Part shown: positions 9,823 through 20,191 of the stretch, piece by piece | Numbering within the stretch: the stretch's first letter is position 1 | Layout of the letters: every line of letters begins with the position of its first letter | Source: an uncultured virus (IMG/VR IMGVR_UViG_3300025314_001151) | Taxonomy: Duplodnaviria; Heunggongvirae; Uroviricota; Caudoviricetes | Length of the DNA: 64,000 nt | IMG/VR virus record: IMGVR_UViG_3300025314_001151 | Reading direction: 5' to 3' (one strand) | Notes under the pieces: generated by a model | What the model saw: the letters and a program-made list of their open reading frames with translations, nothing else | Told to the model about the DNA's origin: nothing | Database searches by the model: none | Program-made: the position numbers and the translations under genes

Positions 9823-11163
9823 TTATTTCTTTGCCAACATGATCGCGGCTGCCAGTGCTATAGCGGCTATTATCATCATTCCTCCACCTGCTGATGGAGC
9901 AGGTGCTTCAGTTACATCTATCAATATTGAATCTGTACATGCTGTACCTGGGACTATCGCTGTTATTGTATGAGAACCTATTGTTGAACCAGATGGTATT
10001 ATCCAATTGTATGTAGCTATTCCGCTTGCATTAGTCGTTCTTGTAGCCAGTGCAGTTGTCCCATCCTTAAATGTTACACTTGTTCCTACAACAGCAGGGG
10101 ACACTGTCGCACTTAATGTTATTAATTCTCCTCTACCAACAGATGAGGATGAAGCCGTCAATACTATATCAGTACATGATCCAGAAGGATTCACTACTAC
10201 AGATGTAGCGGTAGAGCTTAAACATGTTCCAGAAGCCGCTTTTATGCTATATGTCTTAGATGTTGTTGGGGTCCAATTGTTAAATGTTGCTATTCTATTG
10301 ACAGTCCTTATTGGAGAAGGATTTATTACAGTTGTTCCATCTTTGAAATTTACATCAAATTCTCCTGTAGTTGGATTTGTCACTGTGGCAGTCAATGTAG
10401 TACTGCCTCCTAATGTAAATGGACCAGGAGGATTTGCTGTCACATTTGAAATCGCTAAGCATGTCGTATATGTAAGTTTATATACTTCCATTGCCCATGC
10501 ATCTCCTGCGAGACTTTGCCATCTACATGGAGCCATGTCTACATAGGCAGCTCTTTCTGTTGATCCAGTAAATGAACGTGAAAATTCAAATCTTTCGTAT
10601 CCAGCTCCTCCTGTCGCAGAATTACAAGCATAATCACTTGGGTATACTACAATCCAATATGGTACATTTGCCGCAGGTAATATTGTCAAAAAGTCGACAG
10701 TCATAGGACCATATGTTGTTGGAATATTTCCATATGGCACAAGTATATCTACGATTCTTCCAGTAGAAGATCCTGGAGTTCCACTTGGAGATCCTGAAGA
10801 ATCTTGTCTTATTTCGAAATGCATGTCATAATTGCCATATCTCTTGACATTATTAAATAGTACAAAATCTAAACATCTAGATGTTGGAACTATTTTTTGG
10901 GCCATTGCATATCCCTTATATATGACAAAACCTCCAGTCTGGGATGTTGCCCTATATATGTCAAGTGTGGGAGTACCAATACAAGAATCAGAATATGCCA
11001 TGGTCTTTATATTAGATGTTTCTAATGGATAGCTTTCTAAGTTTTCTAATGAATATCCTTGTCTATATAGATCAATTAATTCTCCTATGGATAAATTTCC
11101 AATTTGGTCTAGACTCAATTTTTTATAAGACATATTTTGTCTATTATTACATTTGTATGACAT
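9823..11163 (-). CDS. Ig-like surface/virion protein with C-terminal anchor; paralog of 4961..7621
   Basis: Shared ~175-aa N-terminal domain; Big_3-like V.FKDGTT repeats; TM plus KK. Confidence 0.8.
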   Translation of the reverse strand: MSYKCNNRQNMSYKKLSLDQIGNLSIGELIDLYRQGYSLENLESYPLETSNIKTMAYSDSCIGTPTLDIYRATSQTGGFVIYKGYAMAQKIVPTSRCLDFVLFNNVKRYGNYDMHFEIRQDSSGSPSGTPGSSTGRIVDILVPYGNIPTTYGPMTVDFLTILPAANVPYWIVVYPSDYACNSATGGAGYERFEFSRSFTGSTERAAYVDMAPCRWQSLAGDAWAMEVYKLTYTTCLAISNVTANPPGPFTLGGSTTLTATVTNPTTGEFDVNFKDGTTVINPSPIRTVNRIATFNNWTPTTSKTYSIKAASGTCLSSTATSVVVNPSGSCTDIVLTASSSSVGRGELITLSATVSPAVVGTSVTFKDGTTALATRTTNASGIATYNWIIPSGSTIGSHTITAIVPGTACTDSILIDVTEAPAPSAGGGMMIIAAIALAAAIMLAKK

Positions 11164-11176
11164 ATTTAATCGCCTT

Positions 11177-12508
11177 TTATCTTTCTGTCCTGAGTTCTAT
11201 GACACCTTTTGGTCCAGTTTTCATTGTTCCAACTAATGCGATTGTACCAAGAGCCAATGCAGCTAACATGATCATGCCAAAACCTCCTCCTGGTTTTTCT
11301 TTCTCTCCTGCTGGAGCATCTGGATCATATACAATAAGAGTATTATCCTTGTCTGCATCTACGGCGGTATCTCTTTTGATTTTCATGCAGTCAAGATATG
11401 TCGTATAGTCTGTCGGTGTTTTGGCACTTGCATTATATGTATCATAACATACTTGGACTTCTGTTTGGCCAGTATCCAATGGAGTATGATCTGCGTCTGG
11501 ATAATTATTGTTTTGATAATCTTTCCAATTAATTAATGCATTATCAACACAGTTTTTGATACACAAAGCTTTTTGATCTTGATTAAGACTGGGATCGATA
11601 CATGTTTTTGTCACACAACCGTCCATTAATGATTTCATGAACTCTTCTCCAGCATCAGTCAACTTTTTGTTTGTCAGTGCTGGTCCTAGACCAAGAAGAT
11701 CGTCTATTGCATAAAATACAAGGTCTATGATCTTTCCAATGGCTACTATTATCAATCCAACAGCTACCATTGTAATAATCACTTTTACTACAAGAGGTAT
11801 TGCCAGATATTGATATTGTTGGTCGTATTGCTCTCCTAATCCTGTACTTCTCAAATTTATACGTATAATTACATTATTGTCACCAGTTATAACATCTGTG
11901 TTAATATATTGATAATCAATGATGCCATACTCAGCAAAGAAATTTGTTATTGCACCATCTATGTCTATAAGTTTGTTTATAATAAGTTGAGCCGCACCAT
12001 TTGGATCGTACCATGACCACGGTCTTACAACTAAATCAATACGGTGAGTAGGAACCAAAACTGTTGCTGGAACTATTATTATATAGTCTCCATTGTGAGC
12101 ATTGATCTCGTTTCTTGTCTTACCAATCATTAGAGGGTCTACATTTGGCGTATTTCTTATACATACTCTTAAATCAAAAGTAGTGTTCGCATTAAAAAGA
12201 TCTAAATCATTTTGAACTATGGTATATGTCAACGATGCTACTCCTTGAGAATTTGTAGTAGCAGACCCAAGAAACTTTATATTATTGGCAGAGTTGCAAC
12301 TATGTGTTGGAGTACTGTCTCTAGTATTGGTCCATTGAAAATCAAGTTGGATACCGCTTGGATTTAGACAACCAAAAGTAGTAGTACTTATGGAACATGT
12401 GCCAACAGACATATTTATATCAAAAATTTCATAATACTGGTTATAGAAACACAAATCTCTTATTGATGCACATAATGTAACTACATCTCCAACTTTAAAT
12501 TGAACCAT
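11177..12508 (-). CDS. Membrane protein with Cys-rich helical domain and C-terminal anchor
   Basis: Internal TM (IPLVVKVIITMVAVGLIIVAIG) and C-terminal TM. Confidence 0.65.
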   Translation of the reverse strand: MVQFKVGDVVTLCASIRDLCFYNQYYEIFDINMSVGTCSISTTTFGCLNPSGIQLDFQWTNTRDSTPTHSCNSANNIKFLGSATTNSQGVASLTYTIVQNDLDLFNANTTFDLRVCIRNTPNVDPLMIGKTRNEINAHNGDYIIIVPATVLVPTHRIDLVVRPWSWYDPNGAAQLIINKLIDIDGAITNFFAEYGIIDYQYINTDVITGDNNVIIRINLRSTGLGEQYDQQYQYLAIPLVVKVIITMVAVGLIIVAIGKIIDLVFYAIDDLLGLGPALTNKKLTDAGEEFMKSLMDGCVTKTCIDPSLNQDQKALCIKNCVDNALINWKDYQNNNYPDADHTPLDTGQTEVQVCYDTYNASAKTPTDYTTYLDCMKIKRDTAVDADKDNTLIVYDPDAPAGEKEKPGGGFGMIMLAALALGTIALVGTMKTGPKGVIELRTER

Positions 12509-12624
12509 ATCTTTTACCTCTATTATTTCTTTGAGATTTTCTTTGAAACTGTTAGATTAACTGAAACTGATAGATTTATTATTAACTACTTTTGTGTTGT
12601 TTGTATGTTGTTGTATCTTGTTGT

Positions 12625-13230
12625 TTACTTTGAAAGTACCTTTTCAAGCATCATCTCTTTTTCAGGGAATTTAACTTCTTCTATACATTTACAAGAACCT
12701 TTATCTACCATTTCATATCTTATATCTTTTAATGCTGATAATTGATTTGTGAGCGCATGTACCTGTTTTTTTAATTTTAATCTGCTCTGAGAATATGCTA
12801 CACTCACTCTTCTTTCTTTTTCAATTTCTTCAGTTTCAATTTTTTTAGGTCCAGGTTTTTTAGTTTCGCCTTTTTTAAGCTCACCTTTTTTTGGAACTGT
12901 TATTTTTATAGTTTCCAATAATAAACCTTTAGTAATCGCAGATAATTCATCTTCTCTGAGTCTAAGATCATCTTCCATACGTTTTACTCTATTATTTATA
13001 ATTGTACATACTTTTGTGCAACATGTATCTCCAGTCGGTATGACTGACCTTACACCAGTCGGTATCTTTTTGGCTTTTACCATGAATTCAGTGACACCGG
13101 TTACAGGAATTATGGGTATCGGTGCCGACTTTTTCTTTACTTGGCTTTCAGCAACCAAAGGTATCGACGGTTTTCCTTCTTTTATTTCAGATTTTTTTAT
13201 TTGCTCTGAAGGAATTATTGGTATTAACAT
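12625..13230 (-). CDS. Hypothetical protein with CCxxxC...CKC module; paralog of 18506..19486
   Basis: TCCTKVC...ALKDIRYEMVDKGSCKC; IPIIP N-terminus shared. Confidence 0.65.
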   Translation of the reverse strand: MLIPIIPSEQIKKSEIKEGKPSIPLVAESQVKKKSAPIPIIPVTGVTEFMVKAKKIPTGVRSVIPTGDTCCTKVCTIINNRVKRMEDDLRLREDELSAITKGLLLETIKITVPKKGELKKGETKKPGPKKIETEEIEKERRVSVAYSQSRLKLKKQVHALTNQLSALKDIRYEMVDKGSCKCIEEVKFPEKEMMLEKVLSK

Positions 13231-13247
13231 GTTGTATTCTCCTTTAG

Positions 13248-13295
13248 ATAGTCATTTATTCATATAGTCATTTATTCATATAGCCATTTATTCAT
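13248..13295. repeat. Tandem repeat, 16-nt unit ATAGTCATTTATTCAT x3
   Basis: Directly visible. Confidence 0.8.
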
Positions 13296-13557
13296 ATCTC
13301 ACAGGAACCTCAATAGTAAGGTGGGGTCCACGAACATAAGATATATGGTCTGCAATATTTTTCTTGTTTCTAATATCACTAATCATAATAGCAAATTCTG
13401 ACATAAAATCGTCGAGAGCATTATTATCATAAATACGATCTCTTCTCTTTTCTTCTATTTCTCTTGACCATATACCAAGAAGATATGTCGACAGTTCTTC
13501 TAAAATCTTGATATCATGATCAGTTATTTTATCTTCAGGATATATTGTCTTTGACAT
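13288..13557 (-). CDS. Hypothetical protein
   Basis: ORF track, co-oriented. Confidence 0.55.
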   Translation of the reverse strand: MSKTIYPEDKITDHDIKILEELSTYLLGIWSREIEEKRRDRIYDNNALDDFMSEFAIMISDIRNKKNIADHISYVRGPHLTIEVPVRYE

Positions 13558-13618
13558 AATTTATTTCATCTCAAGGTTGTCTATTAAAATATAAGAATCA
13601 TAAAATTCATTTTTATAT

Positions 13619-13819
13619 TTATTTTTGCATGAATGCAAATTTTGCAGGGGTTGTATAACCAGGATAATATCTTTCGTCTATTGGAGGAGCCGGTTCAACT
13701 TGAACTTGATTGGCAACTTGATTACTTAACATCTCTAATGCTTGAATTGCACTTCTTAATGCTATGTTGTTTTGTTCTATTAAATTTTTCATATCTAAAT
13801 TTTGTATTGATTCTTCCAT
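13619..13819 (-). CDS. Small coiled-coil protein; C-terminus AKFAFM resembles RRFAFM of 37261..38226
   Basis: LIEQNNIALRS vs LIQENSALRT, and FAFM motif. Confidence 0.55.
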   Translation of the reverse strand: MEESIQNLDMKNLIEQNNIALRSAIQALEMLSNQVANQVQVEPAPPIDERYYPGYTTPAKFAFMQK

Positions 13820-13872
13820 ATATAATCGCCTTCTGATATTCTTAATATAAATATGTTAATGTGCAGTTTTCA

Positions 13873-14112
13873 TTATTTTACTGGACGTAATATCCCATAT
13901 ACTGTCGAATAACCTCCCTGTGGGACACTTACTGATTTAATCTCGTCAACATATCCAGGCAGTCTGAATGTAATATTGTGCGAACCTGCAGAAACCTGAT
14001 CTATTAATGCTGGAGTTCTCGCAAATCCAAACATAGTAGGTGCTATAGATCCATCTAATAATATTTGTGCCCCATCTGGGATTGAATAAGCTAATATTGT
14101 ACCTGTTGGCAT
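13873..14112 (-). CDS. Single PEGA-domain protein
   Basis: SIPDGAQILLDG...TPA...GSHNITFRLPGY. Confidence 0.75.
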   Translation of the reverse strand: MPTGTILAYSIPDGAQILLDGSIAPTMFGFARTPALIDQVSAGSHNITFRLPGYVDEIKSVSVPQGGYSTVYGILRPVK

Positions 14113-14143
14113 TTTATCTCCTTATATCAAACCTTCTCTGGAA

Positions 14144-15784
14144 TCAATCTGGAATAAGAGTTTCAAATATCGACACTATACTACCAGATATTATATTGAC
14201 AGTACCGGCCCAATCTTTATATCCATCTAATGTTAGTTTTACAGTATGAATACCTGGTTCCATACCTATTATACTGTCTGGAGTAATCGATTTTGTATCA
14301 ATGTCATCAATGAATACTCTCGCTTCTATTGGTATAGAATTTACAATAAGATTTCCTTTACCTGATTTTTTAATATTCAATTCTGCATTTACAATTGTTG
14401 TCTTATTTGCCTCTATTTTGAATGTCCCAGTAGCATCATCAAATCCATCTCCATAAGTATCAGGTGTTACTAATCTATATTTATGCTCTCCAGGAGAAAG
14501 TCCTATTATTTCTGCTGGAGTGGTCCATCCTTCTGTATGGTCATCTATATAGATCATTGTTGCTATTACATTGGCTGATATATCAAGAATAGTATCGTTC
14601 TGTATTAATTTAGGATTTAAGTCTACAGTTTGTCCATTAGTCACAGTAAATGTTCCAGTTGCATCTGAATAACCTGATCTTGTTAATCTATAAGTATAAT
14701 CACCATCAAATAATTTTCCAACAGTAGTCGGAGTATATTGTCCTAAATATATATCGTCAATAGCTACCAATGCTCCAGGAGGATCTGATGATATATTTAC
14801 CTTGCCCAAAGGAATAGAGCCTAGACGATTCATGTATCCTGTTATCCTTGTAATACGGTTTTTAATTATATCAAATTTACCTTCTGTATCCTGGTATCCT
14901 TCCAATTGTAGCTTATATGTATGTGTTCCTTCTGGCAATGCGAATCTTAAATTTGCGTATTTTCCTGTATCTTTGCCATCTATATAAACCTTTGCTATTT
15001 TAGGATCTCCTACAAATGGAGCAGCACGTATAACTAACATACCAGTTTTTGGTTCTAATATTGGATAAGTACTTACCAATAGAGTATCTCCTCCATTTAT
15101 TATAAACATTCCATCTCTATCTATGGTCCCAGATCTTTCTATTCTAAAAGTATGCACACCCTTAGCCAATCCTGTTACAGATGTTGACATGAGTTTACCT
15201 GTATCAACATTGTCTATATATATTTTTGCTCCTTCAAGAATATATGGAATTATTCTCCCATATAGAAAAGGTGTTGGATATAAATATATTGTTCCGTAAT
15301 CTTTTAATTGGGAAAATGTTGTATTTATATAAGTAGTTTGACCCAGAATCATTGTAAATGATCCTTCTACTTCTACATATCCAGGCAAGCTCAACTTATA
15401 TTTATGATCTCCTGGAGTCAGATTTGATATAATAGCTGGAGTAATTATTTTTCTATCTTGTCCATCTATAAATATATTTGCACCATCAGGAGTGGAAATT
15501 ATAGATAAACCTCCAGATTTCACACTATTTATTAGGTCTACATCTAATGAATATTTTATACCATATTGAACATTCATAATACCTGCTGTCAATGGTGCAG
15601 GCGGTGGAGGCGGGGGTTGATACCCTGATTTGACGAGCTTATAGTTATATGCTCCTGTTGGTAGGAAAACCTGTATGGGAGTGTAACCTACGAATTTTTC
15701 ATCAATATATAATTCGGAAGAACAAGATTTAAATACCACATCTGAACATTTGGCATTGATTTCTATTATACCTGTTGATACCAT
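14144..15784 (-). CDS. Multi-PEGA-repeat protein (about 7 repeats)
   Basis: Repeated S.P.GA.I.ID...TP...L.PG.H.Y.L...GY. Confidence 0.85.
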   Translation of the reverse strand: MVSTGIIEINAKCSDVVFKSCSSELYIDEKFVGYTPIQVFLPTGAYNYKLVKSGYQPPPPPPAPLTAGIMNVQYGIKYSLDVDLINSVKSGGLSIISTPDGANIFIDGQDRKIITPAIISNLTPGDHKYKLSLPGYVEVEGSFTMILGQTTYINTTFSQLKDYGTIYLYPTPFLYGRIIPYILEGAKIYIDNVDTGKLMSTSVTGLAKGVHTFRIERSGTIDRDGMFIINGGDTLLVSTYPILEPKTGMLVIRAAPFVGDPKIAKVYIDGKDTGKYANLRFALPEGTHTYKLQLEGYQDTEGKFDIIKNRITRITGYMNRLGSIPLGKVNISSDPPGALVAIDDIYLGQYTPTTVGKLFDGDYTYRLTRSGYSDATGTFTVTNGQTVDLNPKLIQNDTILDISANVIATMIYIDDHTEGWTTPAEIIGLSPGEHKYRLVTPDTYGDGFDDATGTFKIEANKTTIVNAELNIKKSGKGNLIVNSIPIEARVFIDDIDTKSITPDSIIGMEPGIHTVKLTLDGYKDWAGTVNIISGSIVSIFETLIPD

Positions 15785-15865
15785 TTATAATTCTCCTTAA
15801 TCATCATGATAATATCATGATGTTATTGATAATCTTGATATTGTTGATATTCTTAATATTCAATA

Positions 15866-16213
15866 TTATTGCAATATTGTTGCATTTAGTGGGAAGTGAA
15901 AGTCCTTTGGATGTACATAAACAAATCCCGCATTCTTGGCATTTTTATCATCTCCATCATTGTCTGATACATATATATTGATCAATGATGGATAAGCTAA
16001 TGAGGCCATCAAAAGATTCTCTAATCTTGAATTTCCTGTTACAAATTTTGGAAATGGTAGATTGGAACAAAATGAACTTGGGCTCACTATTACTATCTGA
16101 ATATATGGAGGAATATTAATCTCGTATAGACAAGATACTGAAATAGGACCATTGTTTACATCCAGGGTGCTGTCACAGTCCCACGCAATTAATACTGTCA
16201 TTATTTTCCTCAA
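15866..16213 (-). CDS. Minimal HAD-superfamily phosphatase-like protein
   Basis: Motif I WDCDSTL; motif IV YVSDNDGDDKNAKNAG. Confidence 0.65.
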   Translation of the reverse strand: MRKIMTVLIAWDCDSTLDVNNGPISVSCLYEINIPPYIQIVIVSPSSFCSNLPFPKFVTGNSRLENLLMASLAYPSLINIYVSDNDGDDKNAKNAGFVYVHPKDFHFPLNATILQ

Positions 16214-16214
16214 T

Positions 16215-16856
16215 CTAATAAATATAATAATCTACGTATTTACCATCTCTTATGACAGGCCAGAAATATTTGCCCTCTCTTAATATGGGACCTCGTAGAC
16301 TAATAAGAAATTTTTCAAAATCTACATATGGAGTTATATCTTTTTTATTGGCTACATAGTTTAAAAACTCTACAATCGTAGAAAACATAGGTTCTAATAT
16401 CATGTTATCAAATACTTTTTCATCTTTTTTCTTGTATTCATTGTGAATATCGGCCATACAAGCCAATATATCTCTCACACTTTTTACATCCTTGTCTGAT
16501 ATATAATAACCTGATATATCGAATTTTGTAAGTATAGGACCAGTTTCTGATCTAGTTCTATCAATTGTATCTATAATATTTTCTCCTAATATCTCCTTAC
16601 TATCGATGCCCAACAAAGCCAAATATTGTCCTGGCATCGGATAGTCTTTCTTAATTATTTGACTACCTGTGCCACAAAATGTATCTACTTTGTATATATA
16701 TTCCAGTATCTTGGCTATAGTTGGAACAGTGAAACCTCCACCATAATTGGATTTTGATGATACTATAATGCACCAATTTTTTTCTTTTATTTGAGGTTCA
16801 ATCTCAATATGGAGGACCACTCTATCTCCTTCCATTGTTGATATTAGTTTAGGCAT
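16215..16856 (-). CDS. Hypothetical protein (213 aa)
   Basis: ORF with GGAG RBS. Confidence 0.6.
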   Translation of the reverse strand: MPKLISTMEGDRVVLHIEIEPQIKEKNWCIIVSSKSNYGGGFTVPTIAKILEYIYKVDTFCGTGSQIIKKDYPMPGQYLALLGIDSKEILGENIIDTIDRTRSETGPILTKFDISGYYISDKDVKSVRDILACMADIHNEYKKKDEKVFDNMILEPMFSTIVEFLNYVANKKDITPYVDFEKFLISLRGPILREGKYFWPVIRDGKYVDYYIY

Positions 16857-16913
16857 ATTGCTCCATTTATTATTTATTGATCATTATCATTTGCATATTT
16901 TCCTATGATTTAC

Positions 16914-17135
16914 CTATTTTTTTATAATTTTAGGTCTGGCACACATACAGTTTCTCTTAAATTTATCAATTTCCCATCGTACCTCTTTCTCTATATCTAT
17001 AGGAATTCCTGATGTATATGCATTTGCTTCTTTTAAGAAAAAATCTATGCTGTCCAATGTTTCAATATCACATTCTTCCACTCTTGCCTTTAATTTTACT
17101 AGATCTATTGAATAATACTTCTGAATGTCTGGCAT
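16914..17135 (-). CDS. Small C[DN]x...CxC family protein
   Basis: VEECDI...FKRNCMC. Confidence 0.65.
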   Translation of the reverse strand: MPDIQKYYSIDLVKLKARVEECDIETLDSIDFFLKEANAYTSGIPIDIEKEVRWEIDKFKRNCMCARPKIIKK

Positions 17136-17317
17136 ATAGCTCCTTTGATAGAATTTTTAATAATCTTTGATGTTCACATTTTTAAAATGATTTTGTATAA
17201 TCATTTCTCGAAGAATCTCTTTCACAATTTGAACAATTGCCACATGGATACCATACTGGTTTTATGAACTTTTCTCCATCACCATACATTCTAAGTAACA
17301 GACAGTCTTTTTTATCC

Positions 17318-17533
17318 ATGATCTATTATTATGTCTATGATCTATTATTATGTCTATGATCTATTATTATGTCTATGATCTATTATTGATGTCTATGATC
17401 TATTATTATGTCTATGATCTATTATTGATGTCTATGATCTATTATTGATGTCTATGATCTATTATTGATGTCTATGATCTATTATTGATGTCTATGATCT
17501 ATTATTGATGTCTATGATCTATTATTGATGTCT
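17318..17533. repeat. Tandem direct repeat, 19/20-nt unit ATGATCTATTATT(G)ATGTCT, 11 copies
   Basis: Directly visible, intergenic, no spacers. Confidence 0.95.
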
Positions 17534-17544
17534 ATAATTCATCA

Positions 17545-17751
17545 TCATTTCTTGAGATACATATATGCTACTATACCTAGCCCTATTAATAACATGGCAC
17601 CTGTGCTAACAGCTATGCCATCTTGTGCAGATACTATTTTCGGATTTAGATTAGTCACATTTTCTTCAACTTTATATCCATTTCTATACATATTTACAAT
17701 TTCGTCTATGGACATATTTTTCATTTCGTTTATTGTTAATACATTATTCAT
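17545..17751 (-). CDS. Small membrane protein with SIDEI..YR.GY motif and C-terminal TM
   Basis: Motif shared with the N-termini of 4961..7621 and 9823..11163. Confidence 0.7.
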   Translation of the reverse strand: MNNVLTINEMKNMSIDEIVNMYRNGYKVEENVTNLNPKIVSAQDGIAVSTGAMLLIGLGIVAYMYLKK

Positions 17752-17773
17752 TTCATTCTCCCATAAATTTCTT

Positions 17774-18094
17774 TTATGCTAGCCCGTGTGTCATCATTCT
17801 TTTGATTAATAATCTTATTTCATCCCAAGTTCTTTCAGCACTAAAACTTTCTTCGTGCATATATATCCTCAAGACCTTCTATTATTGGAATTGCTGTATC
17901 ATCTGTTAGTTCTAGACTTAATGTTCTTAAAACGCATCATGCGATAAGTTGAACCCCTCTGTAACTGGTCTAAATTCATCAAATTTTGACTGTGCAGGCT
18001 CTACGAGTGTGTCAATCGCATCGAAGAGAGATATTATATTTTGAGTTATCTCTTCTCGTAGTTTGTCAAGATCGATTAGATATTCTTGTGTCAT
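17774..18094 (-). pseudogene. Helical hypothetical protein with two frameshifts (MTQEYLIDLDKLREE...)
   Basis: Hand translation links three frames at a T-run and an AT-run. Confidence 0.45.
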
Positions 18095-18136
18095 CTTGAT
18101 TTTTTTATCATCTTGATAATTTTTATATATCTATAA

Positions 18137-18409
18137 TTATTTTTTTGTTACACAACTGCAAATACTGTTAATTCTGCTTCTAACATCGAAATATTGCATA
18201 GCTAACTCTTTAGACTTATCATTTGTAGTTGCATTATCTATTTTTGCTTTTGGAGATAATGATTCAAAAATCTTATTAGCATTTCTAAGTGTGTCTATAA
18301 ATACTATATTGTTATCTAATATGCTCGGTATATCACAAGACTTTACACTTTTCTTGAAAGCATATAAATTTTTATTGAGAATGAAAATCATTTGTTTATA
18401 TTCTGTCAT
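18137..18409 (-). CDS. Small C[DN]x...CxC family protein
   Basis: VKSCDI...INSICSC. Confidence 0.65.
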   Translation of the reverse strand: MTEYKQMIFILNKNLYAFKKSVKSCDIPSILDNNIVFIDTLRNANKIFESLSPKAKIDNATTNDKSKELAMQYFDVRSRINSICSCVTKK

Positions 18410-18505
18410 TTTAGTCTCCTTTTATGATAGTTTCCTTTTATGAGATTTTCCTTTAAAAGGAAAATAATATCCTTTTATGAGATTTTTAATTTATGTTTAT
18501 TGCAT

Positions 18506-19486
18506 CTATTTGAGACATTTACATATATTCTTTTTTGTCAATGATGATCTATATTCTTGTAGTGCAAATGTTTTATATGCAAGCGCCTCATATCTTGGAT
18601 CTCTTCCTAACATTGGTCTGAGAGCTTTTCCTCCTCTTAGCTCAATTTTATCTAACATATTCTCCATTTTGCTAATTTTTTTTGTTAATACATTACAAGC
18701 ATCTATGCAACATCCATCATGAATTGGGACAACAGGTATATCTTTTCTATGAATAATATGAATCAATGTTTTTGGAAGTTCAAATCTGGGAACACCAGGG
18801 GTAAGCACAATAGGTCTTCCTGTTTTGATAGAAGTTAATTTTGCAGGTTCTCCTTTGATTTCAGGCAATGGGGCCTCAATCTCTTTAGTTTCTTCATAGC
18901 ATTTGCAAATATTTTTTCTGTCTAGAATATATCTATAGTCTTTTAAGGCTTCTATAGCATACGGAATAGAGAAAAATCCTTTATAAGTAGGTGGCTCGCC
19001 TTTTGTAAAGACAGGTGTGACGGCTCCTAAAGATTCTTCTCTTACAAATATTTCATCATTCAAATTTTTACATAATTTATTACAACAATATTCTGATGGT
19101 ATGATTGGTTTTTCATGAATATGTTCCTTCTCTGCCGTAATAAATCTTGGAACTAATGGTCCAATATATACAGATTTCTCTTTTTTCTCTCTTTGTTTTC
19201 GTATTATTGCTCTTTTCTTTTCTTCTTTTTCTATTTCTTCTAATACTTTTTTTAATATTTCCTCTTCTTTTCCTTCTATATCTCCTTCTTCTCCTGCCGC
19301 TTCTTCCCAGATTTTAGCAAATAAATCTTCTTTTCCTTCAATAGGTATTGCTTTTGTTTCTTCTTTTTTTTCTGTTTTTACAATTTCTAAATTTTTCTTA
19401 TCTGCTAGTTTATCTTTTTTTATCTTCTTTATTTTTGTTTCTTCTACTTCTTCTGGAGGTATGATGGGGATCATAGAAGGGATCAT
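18506..19486 (-). CDS. Charged protein with two CCxxxC...ICKC modules
   Basis: YCCNKLC...KNICKC and GCCIDAC...KNICKC. Confidence 0.65.
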   Translation of the reverse strand: MIPSMIPIIPPEEVEETKIKKIKKDKLADKKNLEIVKTEKKEETKAIPIEGKEDLFAKIWEEAAGEEGDIEGKEEEILKKVLEEIEKEEKKRAIIRKQREKKEKSVYIGPLVPRFITAEKEHIHEKPIIPSEYCCNKLCKNLNDEIFVREESLGAVTPVFTKGEPPTYKGFFSIPYAIEALKDYRYILDRKNICKCYEETKEIEAPLPEIKGEPAKLTSIKTGRPIVLTPGVPRFELPKTLIHIIHRKDIPVVPIHDGCCIDACNVLTKKISKMENMLDKIELRGGKALRPMLGRDPRYEALAYKTFALQEYRSSLTKKNICKCLK

Positions 19487-19529
19487 AGGTATCTTGTTTG
19501 AATTGAAATCTGTTTAATTTATTATCACA

Positions 19530-19606
19530 TTACTCTATAGAATAAATATTTAGCATCAAAATATTTACTCTATAGAATAAATATTTAGCATCAAAATATT
19601 TACTCT
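19530..19606. repeat. Tandem repeat, ~35-nt unit x2 plus partial
   Basis: TTACTCTATAGAATAAATATTTAGCATCAAAATAT repeated. Confidence 0.8.
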
Positions 19607-20136
19607 GTTATATCGATAGAATCGAAATATTTTTTCTGTAAAAAATTTTTGGTATATTGCAAATCGCGAAATTTGGACATAAACATTTTATAACCTCTTC
19701 GTGTAGTCAAATGATGTTTCTTGCCTGCTCTTAATGAATCAAATCTAGCTGTATTTGCAGCAAAGATTTTATTGATTTCTGGGTCTCTAGTTTCGTCTTT
19801 TCTAACATAACACATTATCTTTTTGTCGGCTGTTCCACCTACACATTCTACTCCATAGTAATATCCTATCCATAGATCAACCAAAGATGGTGTCGAACTT
19901 TCTTTTGGGTGAGTATGAAATCCACCAACTTTATTTCCAATTTTACATGTCTTTGCAAGAGGCAAGCTACAAGCATTACCTATACAATGAGTGTCATCTT
20001 TCAATTCATTACTACCATCTATTTGGCATAGATTGAAACCGTGCTCTTTATGTAATTCTTCAGTCTTTTTAAGCTTATGTTTCATTATATCTATTAAATT
20101 ATCTGATAAAGTAAATGAATTTAGATTTCTTGGCAT
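19600..20136 (-). CDS. JAB/MPN+ domain metalloprotease-like protein
   Basis: EHGF...GGFHTHP...PSLVD. Confidence 0.7.
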   Translation of the reverse strand: MPRNLNSFTLSDNLIDIMKHKLKKTEELHKEHGFNLCQIDGSNELKDDTHCIGNACSLPLAKTCKIGNKVGGFHTHPKESSTPSLVDLWIGYYYGVECVGGTADKKIMCYVRKDETRDPEINKIFAANTARFDSLRAGKKHHLTTRRGYKMFMSKFRDLQYTKNFLQKKYFDSIDITE

Positions 20137-20191
20137 ATATGTTCTCGAATTTGGATTTCTTTATTCAATATTAATTTATTTTCAAATTTAA

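Noticed and set aside
10007..10546. Plus-strand ORFs in general (e.g. 10007, 50061, 41344, 48401)
   Set aside because: Antisense shadows of well-supported minus-strand genes, with no recognisable motifs
6930..10995. Diversity-generating retroelement TR/VR pair
   Set aside because: Differences are not adenine-specific, both copies are coding, and no reverse transcriptase is present
17160..17320. Small Cys-rich ORF or intron-split gene
   Set aside because: Stops in all frames and no BHB structure; at most a degraded remnant
17318..17533. CRISPR array
   Set aside because: No spacers; simple tandem repeat
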